From Squalus acanthias (taxonomy: Eukaryota), in NCBI GenBank assembly GCA_030390025.1, contig CM059438.1:55740001-55804000 (forward strand): DNA of 64,000 bases. Direction: 5' to 3'. Below are positions 49,382-60,574 of the stretch, piece by piece. The notes beneath the pieces were generated by a model. That model was given only the letters and a program-made list of their open reading frames with translations. It made no database searches and was not told where the DNA came from. The position numbers and the translations under genes are program-made. Every line of letters starts with the position of its first letter. Within the stretch, counting starts at the first letter, position 1.

Positions 49382-52293
49382 AGCATATATGGCACAGAAA
49401 CAGGACATTCGGCCCAACCAGTCCATGCCGGCATTTATGCTCCACTCGAGCCTCCTCCTGTCTTTCCTCGTCTAACTATCAGCATAACCCTCTATTCCCT
49501 TTTCCCTCATATGCTTGTCTAGCCTCCCCTTAAATGCATCTATACTATTCGCTTCAACCACTCCCTGTGGTAGCGAGTTCCACATTCTCTCCACTCTTTG
49601 GGTAAAGAAGTTTCTTCTGAATTCCCTATTGGATTTCTTGATGACTATCTTATATTGATGGCCCCTAGTTATGCTCTTCCCCACAAGTGGCAACATTCTA
49701 CATAAGAACATAAGAAAATAAGAAATAGGAGCAGGAGTCGGCCATTTGGCCCCTCGGGCCTGCTTGGCCATTCAATAAGATCATGGCTGATCTTCTACCT
49801 CATCTCCACTTTCCTGCACTATCCCCATATCCCTTGATTCCCTTAATATTCAAAAATCTATCGATCTCTGTCTTGAATATACTCAACGACTGAGCCTCCA
49901 CAGCCCTCTGGGGTAGAGAATTCCAAAGATTCACCACCCTCTGAGTGAAGAAATTTCTCTTCATCTCAGTCCTAAATGGCTGACCCCTTATTCTGAGACT
50001 GTGACCCCTGGTTCTGGACTCGCCAGCCAGGAGAAACATCCTCTCTGCATCTACCCTGTCAAGCCCTGTAAGAATTTTGTATGTTTCAATGAGATTACCT
50101 CTCATTCTTCTAAACTCTAGAGAATATAGGCCTAGTCTACTCAATCTGTCCTCATAGGACAATCCCAGGAACCAGTCTGGTGAACCTTCATTGCACTCCC
50201 TCTATGGCAAGTATATCCTTCCTTAGGTAAGGAGACCAAAACTGTACATACAGTTTTGGTGTCCATACTTAAGAAAAGACATACTTGCTCTCAAGGCAGT
50301 ACAAAGAAGGTTCACTCGGTTAATTCCGGGGATGAGGGGGTGGACATACGAGGAGAGGTTGAGTAGATTGGGACTCTACTCATTGGAGTTCAGAAGAATG
50401 AGAGGCGATCTTATTGAAACATATAAGATTGTGAAGGGGCTTGATCGGGTGGACGCGGTGAGGATGTTCCCAATGATGGGTGAAACTAGAACTAGGGGAC
50501 ATAATCTTAGAATAAGGGGCTGCTCTTTCAAAACTGAGATGAGGAGAAACTTTTTCACTCAGAGGGTAGTGGGTCTGTGGAATTTGCTACCCCAGGAAGC
50601 TGTGGAAGCTACTTCATTAAATAAATTTAAAACAGAAATAGACCGTTTCCTAGAAGTAAAGGGAATCAGGGGTTATGGGGAGCGGGCTGGAAATTGGACA
50701 TGAGTTTGAGTTCGGATCGGTCAAGGCCCTGTGGGTGGCGGAGCGGGCCCAGGGGCCGAGTGGCCTGGTCCTGCTCCTACTTCTTGTGTTCTTTAGAGTT
50801 GAGGTTGGATCAGATCAGCCATGATCTCATTGAATAGCGGAACAGGCTCGAGGGGCTGATTGGTCTACTCCTGCTCCTATTTCTTATGTTCTTATGTACA
50901 CAATACTCCAGGTGTGATCTCACCAGGGCCCTATATAATTGCAGTAAGACGTCTTTACTCTTATACTCAAATCCTCTTGTAATAAAGTCCAACATACCAT
51001 TTGCTTTCCTAATTGCTTGCTGTACCTGCATGTTAACTTTCAGTGATTCATGTACAAGGACACCCAGGTCCCTCTGAACACCAACATTTCCCAATCTCTC
51101 ACCATTTAAAAAATACTCTGCTTTTTCTATTTTTCCTACCAAAGTGGATAACTTCACATTTCTCCACATTATATTCCATTTGCCATATTCTTGCCAACTC
51201 ACTTAGCCAGTCTATATCCCCTTGAAGCCTCCTTGCATCCTCCTCACAACTTACATTCCCACCCAGCTTTGTATCATCAGCAAACTTGGATATATTGGCC
51301 CAGAAATTGATCTCGCTCTGTTCCCGCGGGGGTAAGCCTTTCCCGCGATGTCTCACCTCGCTTATGCTTTTTCTGATCCAGCTCGCACGAAATTGATGTT
51401 CCAGACATCAGCTGTGCTGGGCTTGCGTATCCCAGCGGCGTAGTTAATTCGTGCGAGCTGTGGGATCACGTGACTCAGTTAGAGCCAATGGCAGCACACC
51501 ATCTTCCATTCATAAGTCTCACAGCATGGCTGAGAGACTTATGAATCTTACACCCCCCCAAAATAACAGCTAAACCTCAATTAAATTTAAAAAAAAACCC
51601 ATCACATTAATAAAATAAGTATAGTTAATTAAATTAACCATTTTAAATAAAAAATTAAATTTTTGAAAAAATTTAAAATCTTTTAAAAAGTTATAAAAAT
51701 AAACTTACCTGTCTTTAAAGTCTATAAAAAAGATATACCTGTAAAAAAAAATTCAAAAAAATACTTAATTCACTACTTACCTTCTTAAAAGCGGGTCTTA
51801 CTCCTCCTTTTTACATTTCCAAAATCTTCCCTACTTACCTGCGCGTCCAAAGCATGAAGTGCACAGCGTGCGCGCAGCCTGTAGCGCGCACGCGATGCAC
51901 TCAGGCCCCGCCCCCTTTTCGGAAGAGCAATTGCCGGTTTTCAGCGCATGCGCAGGGCATGCAGAAAACCGGCAATTGGAGTGGGAATACGCGAGAGTAC
52001 GCAGTGCGTACTCTCGCGTCCCGGGATCAATTTTCGGCCCATTACATTTGGTCTCCTCATCCAAATCATTGATGTAGATTGTGAATAGCTGAGGCCCAAG
52101 CACTGATCCTTGCGGTACCCCACTAATTACAACCTGCCAACCCGAAAATGACCCGTTTATTCCTACTCTCTGTTTTCTGTCCATTAATGAATCCTCAATC
52201 CATGCTAGTATATTACCCCCAATCCCATGAGCCTTAATTTTGTTTAATAATCTCTTATGTGGCACCTTATCGAATGCTTTCTGAAAATCCAAA
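49382..52293 (-). mobile_element. Stacked CR1 fragments (49382-49699; 49700-52293), with a plus-strand CR1 3' end at about 50250-50896
   Basis: RT C-terminal ORF pieces and CATAAGAA/TTCTTATG tails. Confidence 0.85.
51297..52040. mobile_element. MITE, 744 bp, probably Harbinger-type
   Basis: Imperfect TIRs GGCCCAGAAATTGATC / GATCAATTTTCGGCCC; TSD ATT; the empty site restores CR1 GGATATATTACATTTGG; AT-rich core. Confidence 0.8.
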
Positions 52294-52850
52294 TATCTCT
52301 CTCTCTACCTCTCCCTCCATCTCTCTCTCTACCTCTCCCTCCATCTCTCTCTCTACCTCTCCCTCCATCTCTCTCTACCTCTCCCTCCATCTCTCTCTCT
52401 ACCTCTCCCTCCATCTCTCTCTCTACCTCTCCCTCCATCTCTCCCTCCATCTCTCTCTCTACCTCTCCCTCCATCTCTCTCTCTACACCTCTCCCTCCAT
52501 CTCTCTCTCTCCCTCTCCCTCCATCTCTCTCTCCCTCCATCTTTCTCTCTCTCCCTCTCCCTCCATCTCTCTCTCTCCCTCTCCCTCCATCTCTCTCTCT
52601 CTCCCTCTCCCTCCATCTCTCTCTCTCTCTCCCTCTCCCTCCATCTCTCTCTCTCTCTCCCTCTTGCTCCATCTCTCTCTACCTCTTGCTCCATCTCTCT
52701 CTCTCCCTCTCCCTCCATCTCTCTCTCTCTCCCTCTCCCGCCATCTCTCTCTCTCTCCCTCTCCCTCCATCTCTCTCTCTCTCCCTCTTGCTCCATCTCT
52801 CTCTACCTCTTGCTCCATCTCTCTCTCTACCTCTTGCTCCATCTCTCTGT
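52294..52850. repeat. CT-rich minisatellite (CTACCTCTCCCTCCATCTCTCT)
   Basis: Directly visible. Confidence 0.95.
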
Positions 52851-53040
52851 GTATATTTATCTTTTTTTCTCCATCTCTCTCTGTACCTCTCCCTCTATCC
52901 CTCTCTGTTTTTGTATCTTTATCCATCTCTCTCTCTCTCTCTTTTTATCTTTCGACAATCTCTCTATCTGCTGTGAGGATTTATACCTGGGGCTGGGATT
53001 CTCCTGGGTGTTAAGGTGCAGAATGCCAGTTAGACTCTGT

Positions 53041-56000
53041 GGCCGCGATTTTGCCAGCGCTCAGAGGGCGGGTTTGGAGGCGGGTCAGAGGTTAAATTTG
53101 TTTTGATTGACTTCGGGTTCCGAACCCGCCTCCACACAACTTTGCAAAGTGTCGGGTCTGGGAGTCCCGATCAGAGCCACCACCAAGCGACGGGAGAGGC
53201 ACTTAAGGCAGTTAACAGCTTGATAACTGCCTACATAATCCCATTTTAACAGGCTCTTCCCATTTTACAACATTTTCAGCATGTTCCACGCCGTTTGCAA
53301 AACACGCCAAAGTCACCACCGCCCTCAATTTTTTTTGCTTCAGGGTCCTTCCAGGGATCATCAGCAAACATCAGCGGCATCTCCCAGTCAGCCGCACACA
53401 CTTGCATCATGCAGGTTACCGATGCCCTCTTTGCAAAGGCGCACAATTACATCCACTTCTCCATGGATGAAGCAAGTGTGACGGCGCATGCGGTTGGCTT
53501 TGCAAATATGGCAGGCTTCCCAAGGGTGCAGGGCATCGTAGACTGCACACGTGGCCATTAGGGCACCCCATCACAGCCCAGCTGTATTTGTGAACCGCAA
53601 GGGCTTCCACTCCTTTAACGTCCAGCTGGTGTGTAACCACAGGAAGGACATCATGCATGTTTGCATCAAGTTCCCTGGCAGTTGCCATGACTCCTTCATC
53701 CTGCGACAATCCACTGTGCCTCCGCTCTTCAATCCGCCAAACCAACTTTCTGGATGGCTACTTGGAGACAAGGGCTATCCCCTGAAGACGTGGCTAATGA
53801 CGATGTTGAGGAGCCCATCGAATGAAGCAGAGGAGCGCTACAACTCCAGCCACATTTCCACCAGAGCCATCATCGAGTAAACCATCGGCTTGCTCAAAAT
53901 GTGATTCAGATGCCTCGACAGATCAGGTGGAGCCCTACAGTACTCGGCAGCCAGGGTCTCCAGAATCATCGTGGTCTGCTGTGCACTGCACAACATCGCA
54001 CAGCAGCGTGGCTTACTGCTGCCTGAGGAACAAGTGGCTCAGCGCACAGCCTCCTCCTCCTCAGAGGAGGAGGATGATCAGGAAGACCTTGCGGAGGCGG
54101 ATGTGCCAGTTCCACCAGCACGCGAGCACATTGCTGGCCGTGATGCAAGGGATGCACTAATCCATGCCAGATTCACTTAAGTTTACGAAGCAAACACATG
54201 TGGCTGCCACCTTCTTAACACACCATACACAATGTACAATAAACTGTGGGTTCCTATCACTCTCACCACCATCATTGCAGATGAAAGGCGCCCTGACCCC
54301 TCACTGTGACACTTCCATTTCTGGGCACACATAGGCCAACTCTTTGAATGCTTGCCATCATATTTCTTTATTACAATTGAAATGATGATAATCTTAAATT
54401 TGTATTACATCAAAACACCCAAGTGACTACTCTTGTGACTGTTTTGTGTGTTAACTTTCTCTTACGCGTGCTTCTACATGGTGCTTCCCCTGTGGCTTCA
54501 GCAGATGTGGAGGCACCTTGCTCACTTTCATGCTGCTCCTGGTTCGACACCTTTGGCGGGCATCCTCTGGGTTTGGGAGCCTGGGAGGGCTCGGCAACAG
54601 TCTGCTCCTCCTGGGGCTGTGCAGGGGCTGAGATGGCCATCTCAGTTGGGTGAGGAATCTGGGGCTCTGACCGAGGGCTCTGCAGTGGCATGGGAGTGTG
54701 AGCGCTTGGAGAGGAGCCCACACTTCCTTGTTGTCTGCCACCAACATCCCTCTCATTGGTCGCCCGCACTTCGCTGCTAGAAAGTAGCTGGAGAGCACGT
54801 TGCTGCACATCAGTGGGGCCATGAGGAGCGTCTCTGTACTGACAGTCCTCCTAATGGGGACATCCATGTACCTCTGGTGCCTCTCCTCAATAGATGCCCT
54901 TCTATCCTCCATAGCAGACCATCTATTTAGAAGAGTCACCATGCTCTGTTGAGTCTGGTGACTTATGTCCTCCAAGGAGGTTGCCACCCTCTACATGGTG
55001 GCACGTTCATGCGCCATTGCCTCCACCATGTCATCGCTTATGTTTGAGATGGACTCCTCCATTCTCTGCACACTCGCAGTTACCGTGGATGCAAAACCTG
55101 CCAGAGACTCCTGCACTTGTTGCTGAAGTTCCAGCACCACGCTCTTTCTGGATGGCCCCAGAGGCACAGGGCCCACATGCAGCTGAGCAGAGCTAGGAGT
55201 GCCCTGCGGCCTCTGACGAGGACTCTCCACTGCTGTCCTTGTCTCCACCATCTGCTGATGCTCACTTGTGAGCTGTGATACATCAGGTGACAACACTACT
55301 CTATGACATGAATGACCCACCGAGGTGTGCCTCTCTGCGCTGGTGCTGGGTGCGCTCAATTCTGCTGACACTGCGCCCTCAGAGGCTGCAACTTCCTCTG
55401 AGGAGTCTTCCAGCTCTTCCTCCTAGACAGTGGGGAGGGAGGCTCTCGATGGTCCTGTGGGGGAGTAAAGGCATGAGTTAGACGTGATATTAACGTAGCA
55501 GGCACATCGAATTTTGCAGATGATCTTAACTCAATCTGTATGAACTTCAGATGCCCTATCAGTCACTCATGAAACCTAACTGAGAGGCTTTGCAAATCTA
55601 TTCTGTCACCAGCTTGCTCTACTGCGCCCGTCTGACCGTCCCCCACTTCCAGATCCTCAGCACCTCCGACGATGTCGAGAGCAGCCTCCTCAGCGGTGGT
55701 CAAGTGGGCAATCGAAGGTGGCCCTCCTCCTGTCCTGCCCCTCTCCCTCTTATTGTGGGCTCTCTTTTCCTGCAATGAGGGACACAAGTGAGAATGTTGG
55801 AGTGAGTGTAGAGAATCCATAGCATAGATGCTTAGATGGAGTGAGGTGCCAATACCAAGGGCCCTCCCTGTGTGTTGTTAGTTGTTGTCATTGCATAACA
55901 GTGATAGCGAGTGTGAGGGGTGCATAGTAGAATGGTGAAGTGATTCTGTACATAGAGAGAGAGGGATGGTTAAGGGTGGAAGGGATGTAAGGATAAGTTG

Positions 56001-56590
56001 GGATGTGCAGGAGTAGGTTGACAATGTAGAGTGCTGGTGATGAGAGGAGATGGGGAGCAGATTGATGGTACGTGTGATGTTCTCCTCACTTTTGCTGTGT
56101 GTAGCAGGTCATTGAACCTTTTCCTGTACTGAACCCAGGTGTGTGAACACAATGACCTGGCGCTCACCTCCTCAGCAATTTGCAGCCAGGCTGCCTTGGT
56201 TTGCTGAGGAGACTTCCTCCGCCCATTTGAGGGGAACAGAACCTCTTGGCGCCCTCTCACTCCCTCCACAAGAGCATGGAGGGGGTCATCATCGAATCTG
56301 GGCGATGCCTTTGGTCTTGAAGCAGTCATTTTGAGATGTCTCACACCGAGAAGCAGCAGAATAGGATTGATCAAAAACAAGGCTGAATGGGAACCTTAAA
56401 TGCAGCTGGCTGAAAGACGTCAGCAGAGACGAGCAGCAGACCCCAACCCACTGATTGGGCCGGGTATCGCGCACGACGGGCCACTTAAACAAAAATCGTA
56501 ATTTCAGGGCGGCTGAAACCGGCAGCGGGACCGGAACCTGTTGAACATCAAAGCCGCCTTCAACCTGCCTCCACTTGGAAAATCGCAGCC
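53041..56590 (+). mobile_element. PIF/Harbinger transposon (3550 bp): broken transposase (+, about 53300-54180) and spliced Myb/SANT-like gene (-)
   Basis: TIRs GGCCGCGATTTT / AAAATCGCAGCC; TSD TGT; DCT, HDS and GDKGY motifs; convergent second gene. Confidence 0.9.
54450..56329 (-). pseudogene. Harbinger Myb/SANT-like DNA-binding gene, exons 56090-56329, 55610-55769 and 55454 to about 54450 (disrupted)
   Basis: RF...L..LVEGV..R...LF...AW..IAEEV...W.Q.RKRFNDL trihelix pattern; GT/AG sites in phase (240 nt, 160 nt); TAG early in exon 3. Confidence 0.75.
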
Positions 56591-56869
56591 TGTGTGTCTC
56601 CATCTTTCTTTCTGTCTATCTCTCTCCCTCCATCTCTCTCTTTGGATTGGGAGTTAGAGAGAGAGAAAGAGAAATAAGGGCACTGTCGTAAGAATGAGCC
56701 TTACGCGTGGTGAACTTAAAGTAAGCTTTAATCAACTAAAAAGGTGCTACATACAAAAGAGGTCTTACTCTATGCCTCTCCAGGATCCAACTGATCAGTC
56801 CAGTATTTATCCTGGACTAATCACAGGAAGTGATGCAATGAAGTTCGAGTCACAGGAAGCTGTATTGTG

Positions 56870-59461
56870 TTACCACATTCTCCCTCCATTTCGTAGCCGC
56901 TGGACGAGGGAGAGCCGCACCCGTTTGGGTTCTCGTAGCGGTAGAGGGCCCCTAGCCCGTTTACCCGCCGCGGGCCGTGGACCAGAGTCCGAGTGATCCA
57001 GCCCGCTCTGTGAGGGGTCAGGACGATCCTGACTGTGTACTGGTGCCCGAACGGGTGTCGGGCAGGGCTGTGGCAGATCCGTTTCCGAGTATACGGTACA
57101 GGGTGGATCGTGGCTGCGCGTGCGAGTCCCGACGGGCTCATAGTCAGTCTGCCCCAGGTCGGCACGCTGGAGTGAGGTACCAGCCGGCGTCAGATCCAGA
57201 TCGTGATGAGAGGCACCTGGCGAGCCCAGAGATGTGCCTGGTACAATATCATCCCCTGGTGTCCCTCTATGTTTCAGCGGGCAGGGAGCCAGATCCCGCA
57301 ATGACACGGTAGATTCCCGACCGTCAGGATACCGAATATAGGCGTAGGTAGGGTTGACGTCAGTGAGCTCAACCTCATCTACCAGGGGGTCATTCTTAGA
57401 CGCCCGGACATATCTTCGGAGTAGCACTGGTCCCGGTGCAGTCAGCCATGATGGGAGAGATATCCCATAGGATGAGCGACGCTGAAATCGGAAGAACCGT
57501 TCATGAGGCGTCGTATTTGTGGCGGTCGAAAGGAGGGACCGTGTAGAGTGTAATGCGTCTGGAAGTACTGCTTCCCATTGCTGGTTGGGTAGGCCCCGAG
57601 ATCTCAAAGCCAGACGTACCGCATTCCAGATGATAGCTTTAAAACGCTCGACTTGCCCATTCCCGAACGGATGATAAGGCGTCGTTTTGCTGGCAGCAAT
57701 ACCCCGTTCCGAGAGATAGGCCTTGAGTTCTCCTGACATAAAAGAAGGGCCCCGATCCGAATGAACATAGGATGCCATGCCACAGAAAGCAAATACCTGC
57801 TCAAGGCAGCTGATAACCGTGGACGTCAGCATATTGGGGCAGGGAAAGGCAAACGGAAAACGGGAATACTCATCGACCATGGTCAATAGATAAGTGTTGC
57901 GAGTTGAAGAGGGCAACGGCCCCTTAAAATCGATGCTAAGCCATTGCATTGGCTGGGTCGCATGTATGAGTATACCACCCGAGGGGCGGAAAAACCGAGG
58001 TTTCAATTCCGCACAGACTCTGCAGTCCGAGCACATCTTCTTTACATCCCCGGTAGAGAATGGGAGATTTCGGGACCGCACGAAGTGTAGCATGCGAGTA
58101 ACGCCCGGATGACACAACCCATCATGGATGTCTACGAGCGTAGAGGGTGCCATGGCGGAGCAGAATGCTCGTGTGAGGGTATCTGGAGCCACATTCTCCT
58201 TGCCAGGTCGATAGTGGATGGTGTAACCAAAAGAGGCCAATTCCAGCCGCCAAAGCTGGATTTTATTATTTTTAATTTTGGTCCGTTTTCGATTATCGAG
58301 CATGAAGGCGACCGATCGCTGGTCCGTGATTAAGGTAAAGTGCTGGCGAGCTAGGAGGTGACTCCACTTCCGTACTGCCTCTATGATGGCTGTAGCTTCT
58401 TTCTCGACTGGAGGATAATGTAGCTCAGCCCCTTGAAAAGTCCTGGACAAAAATGCCACCGGACGACCTTCCTGATTCAGAGTGGCCGAGATCGCCACCT
58501 CCGAGGCATCACACTCAACGACAAAAGGAAGTCTCTCATCGATGGAGTGAAGAGTCGCTTTCTCCAACTGTTTTTTCAGGAGGTTAAAGGCTGCAACAGC
58601 CGCTGTGTCTAGTGGGAATGTGCTGGCCTTCAGTAGAGGTTGGATTCGGTCCGAGAAGTTAGGAATCCATTTAGCATAGTATGCAAACAGGCCGAGGGCC
58701 CGGCGCAAGGAGGTCGGATTCTTAGGTGGCGGGAGTTCTTGGAGTGGGCGAAGCCTTTCAGGGTCAGGTTTAATGATGCCATTGCCCACACAATAGCCAA
58801 GGATGTTGATGGTTGGTTGTGACTCAATGGATTTAGCCGCATTTAATGTCAAATTACGGTGCTGGAGTGCATCCCAAAATCGTTGGAGATTGGCGTCATG
58901 TTCCTGCTGATTGCGACCTGCGACAGTAATATTGTCCAGATAAGGAAACGTATCCTTCAAGTCTTCCTGTTTGACCAGGTCATCCATTGCTCGCTGGAAG
59001 ACAGCCACTCCATTAGTGACCCCAAAGGGGAGGCGACGAAATTGATACAGCCGTCCATTGGCTTCAAAGGCCGTATACTGCTTGTCTGAGACCTTCAAGG
59101 GTACCTGATGATAAGCACTTTTTAGATCATATGTTGAGAACACCGTGTACTCAGCCAATTTATTAACCATATCATCGATGCGCGGCAATGGATATGCGTC
59201 CAAGTCCGTATATTGATTGATGGTCTGTGAATAGTCAATGCACAGCCGTTTCTTGTGAGGTTGTAGAGGGTTCTTAACAATAACGACCTGGGCGCGCCAT
59301 GGCGACGAACAAGGCTCGATGATATCCTCTGCTAAAAGCCGAGAAATCTCAGCCGCAATAAAAGACTGGTCTTCCTGACTGAAACGTCGTGACCTTGTTA
59401 TAATCAGTTTGCATCGAGGAGGGATACTGGAAAACAGTGAGGGTTCATCCAGTGAAGCCAT
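56870..59461 (-). CDS. Gypsy pol (863 aa): RT-RNase H-integrase, no protease
   Basis: SSPW, RLCIDY, DLKSAYHQ, LPFG, YLDN (RT); CDAS, EKEA, TDQ (RNase H); HHCC, IDFKGP, HSDRG, GQVER (integrase). Confidence 0.92.
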   Translation of the reverse strand: MASLDEPSLFSSIPPRCKLIITRSRRFSQEDQSFIAAEISRLLAEDIIEPCSSPWRAQVVIVKNPLQPHKKRLCIDYSQTINQYTDLDAYPLPRIDDMVNKLAEYTVFSTYDLKSAYHQVPLKVSDKQYTAFEANGRLYQFRRLPFGVTNGVAVFQRAMDDLVKQEDLKDTFPYLDNITVAGRNQQEHDANLQRFWDALQHRNLTLNAAKSIESQPTINILGYCVGNGIIKPDPERLRPLQELPPPKNPTSLRRALGLFAYYAKWIPNFSDRIQPLLKASTFPLDTAAVAAFNLLKKQLEKATLHSIDERLPFVVECDASEVAISATLNQEGRPVAFLSRTFQGAELHYPPVEKEATAIIEAVRKWSHLLARQHFTLITDQRSVAFMLDNRKRTKIKNNKIQLWRLELASFGYTIHYRPGKENVAPDTLTRAFCSAMAPSTLVDIHDGLCHPGVTRMLHFVRSRNLPFSTGDVKKMCSDCRVCAELKPRFFRPSGGILIHATQPMQWLSIDFKGPLPSSTRNTYLLTMVDEYSRFPFAFPCPNMLTSTVISCLEQVFAFCGMASYVHSDRGPSFMSGELKAYLSERGIAASKTTPYHPFGNGQVERFKAIIWNAVRLALRSRGLPNQQWEAVLPDALHSTRSLLSTATNTTPHERFFRFQRRSSYGISLPSWLTAPGPVLLRRYVRASKNDPLVDEVELTDVNPTYAYIRYPDGRESTVSLRDLAPCPLKHRGTPGDDIVPGTSLGSPGASHHDLDLTPAGTSLQRADLGQTDYEPVGTRTRSHDPPCTVYSETDLPQPCPTPVRAPVHSQDRPDPSQSGLDHSDSGPRPAAGKRARGPLPLREPKRVRLSLVQRLRNGGRMW

Positions 59462-60089
59462 CAGATTGATCGTCAGGGATAAAGACCTCCCTAATAGAGT
59501 TCACCTGTGGCCTCTTAAATTGCCTGACTGTAGTTAAGGCAGTAGACTGAGGTCTGGGCACTGTATAAAGGTCTGCATTTCTTTTTGCCAGATCTAGAGA
59601 GCAAGCCATGTCATAAGCTCTCTGAAGCTCAAGTGTCTTACTTTCCAGTAGACGCTGGCGTATAAATGGGGAGGCAAGCCCGCAGATGAAAGCATCACGG
59701 ATCATTTCTTCACGGTACAGCTCAGCTGAGGCCGCCCGAAAGTTACAGTCCATACTAAGTCTGCGAAGCTCTTGGAGGAATTTATCAATGGATTCCTCCG
59801 GCCCTTGTTGGGCTGTAGCAAGTAGATGTCTGGCATAGACCTCATTCGGTGTCTTAGTATATAGTCTCTTAAGCTTCCGAATTGCCTCCTCGTAACTGTC
59901 CCATTCCTCCACATACTGAAATACATTCGGGGTGACACAGTTGATGAGTATCCGCAACTTTGAGTCATCATCAGCCTTACAATATTCCAGAAAATTGTCA
60001 AACGTGCGATACCAGTGTTTCCACACCTTACCGGCTGCTGGGGTGTTTGGGTCCAAGTCAAGACGCGATGGTTTAAGGATGTTTTCCAT
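59445..60089 (-). CDS. Gypsy gag (214 aa), no zinc knuckle
   Basis: WKHW..TF.NFL, ARHLLAT..Q...ESID.F, IRDAFI.GL...IRQRLLE capsid-like motifs. Confidence 0.85.
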   Translation of the reverse strand: MENILKPSRLDLDPNTPAAGKVWKHWYRTFDNFLEYCKADDDSKLRILINCVTPNVFQYVEEWDSYEEAIRKLKRLYTKTPNEVYARHLLATAQQGPEESIDKFLQELRRLSMDCNFRAASAELYREEMIRDAFICGLASPFIRQRLLESKTLELQRAYDMACSLDLAKRNADLYTVPRPQSTALTTVRQFKRPQVNSIREVFIPDDQSDGFTG

Positions 60090-60574
60090 GATGGGTGATT
60101 CCCTGGATCCTTAGTTCCGAGTTCGTCCAAAAAGTTTGAGTGCGAAGTTTTCCAAAGTTGATTAAATTGTCGTAAGAATGAGCCTTACGCGTGGTGAACT
60201 TAAAGTAAGCTTTAATCAACTAAAAAGGTGCTACATACAAAAGAGGTCTTACTCTATGCCTCTCCAGGATCCAACTGATCAGTCCAGTATTTATCCTGGA
60301 CTAATCACAGGAAGTGATGCAATAAAGTTCGAGTCACAAGAAGCTATTGTGTTACCACAGGCACGCTATCTCTTTTTGTTATTCTCTCTTACTTCCTTTG
60401 CATCTCTCTCGTTCTACACCGCCATCTCGGTCTCTCTCTCCCTGTCTGTTTATGTTCTTCTGTTTATATCGGAGAATTAAAGAATCTTTTAGTTAAAATA
60501 GGGGAGGCTGCGAGGGTCCCCAGGGTTGAATTTTCACTGGGGCTCTCCCGATCGTCCAGCGTAAGTTCTGTATC

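Larger units (their letters stand above)
56684..60359 (-). mobile_element. Gypsy LTR retrotransposon, 3676 bp; LTRs 56684-56877 and 60168-60359; TSD GGCAC
   Basis: TG...CA LTRs differing by 2 substitutions and a 2-bp indel; GGCAC at 56679-56683 and 60360-60364; PPT GGAGGGAGAA before the 3' LTR. Confidence 0.97.

Noticed and set aside
47985..49699. Twin-priming 5' inversion of a single CR1
   Set aside because: The fragments are tail-to-tail, which does not fit twin-priming geometry; an independent insertion using GTATTACAT microhomology is more likely.
60493..60560. Possible 68-nt plus-strand exon (TTTTAG|...|GTAAGT) in the duplicated unit
   Set aside because: Splice-like sites only; the peptide is not recognisable and no partner exons were found. 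RNA-seq would be needed.
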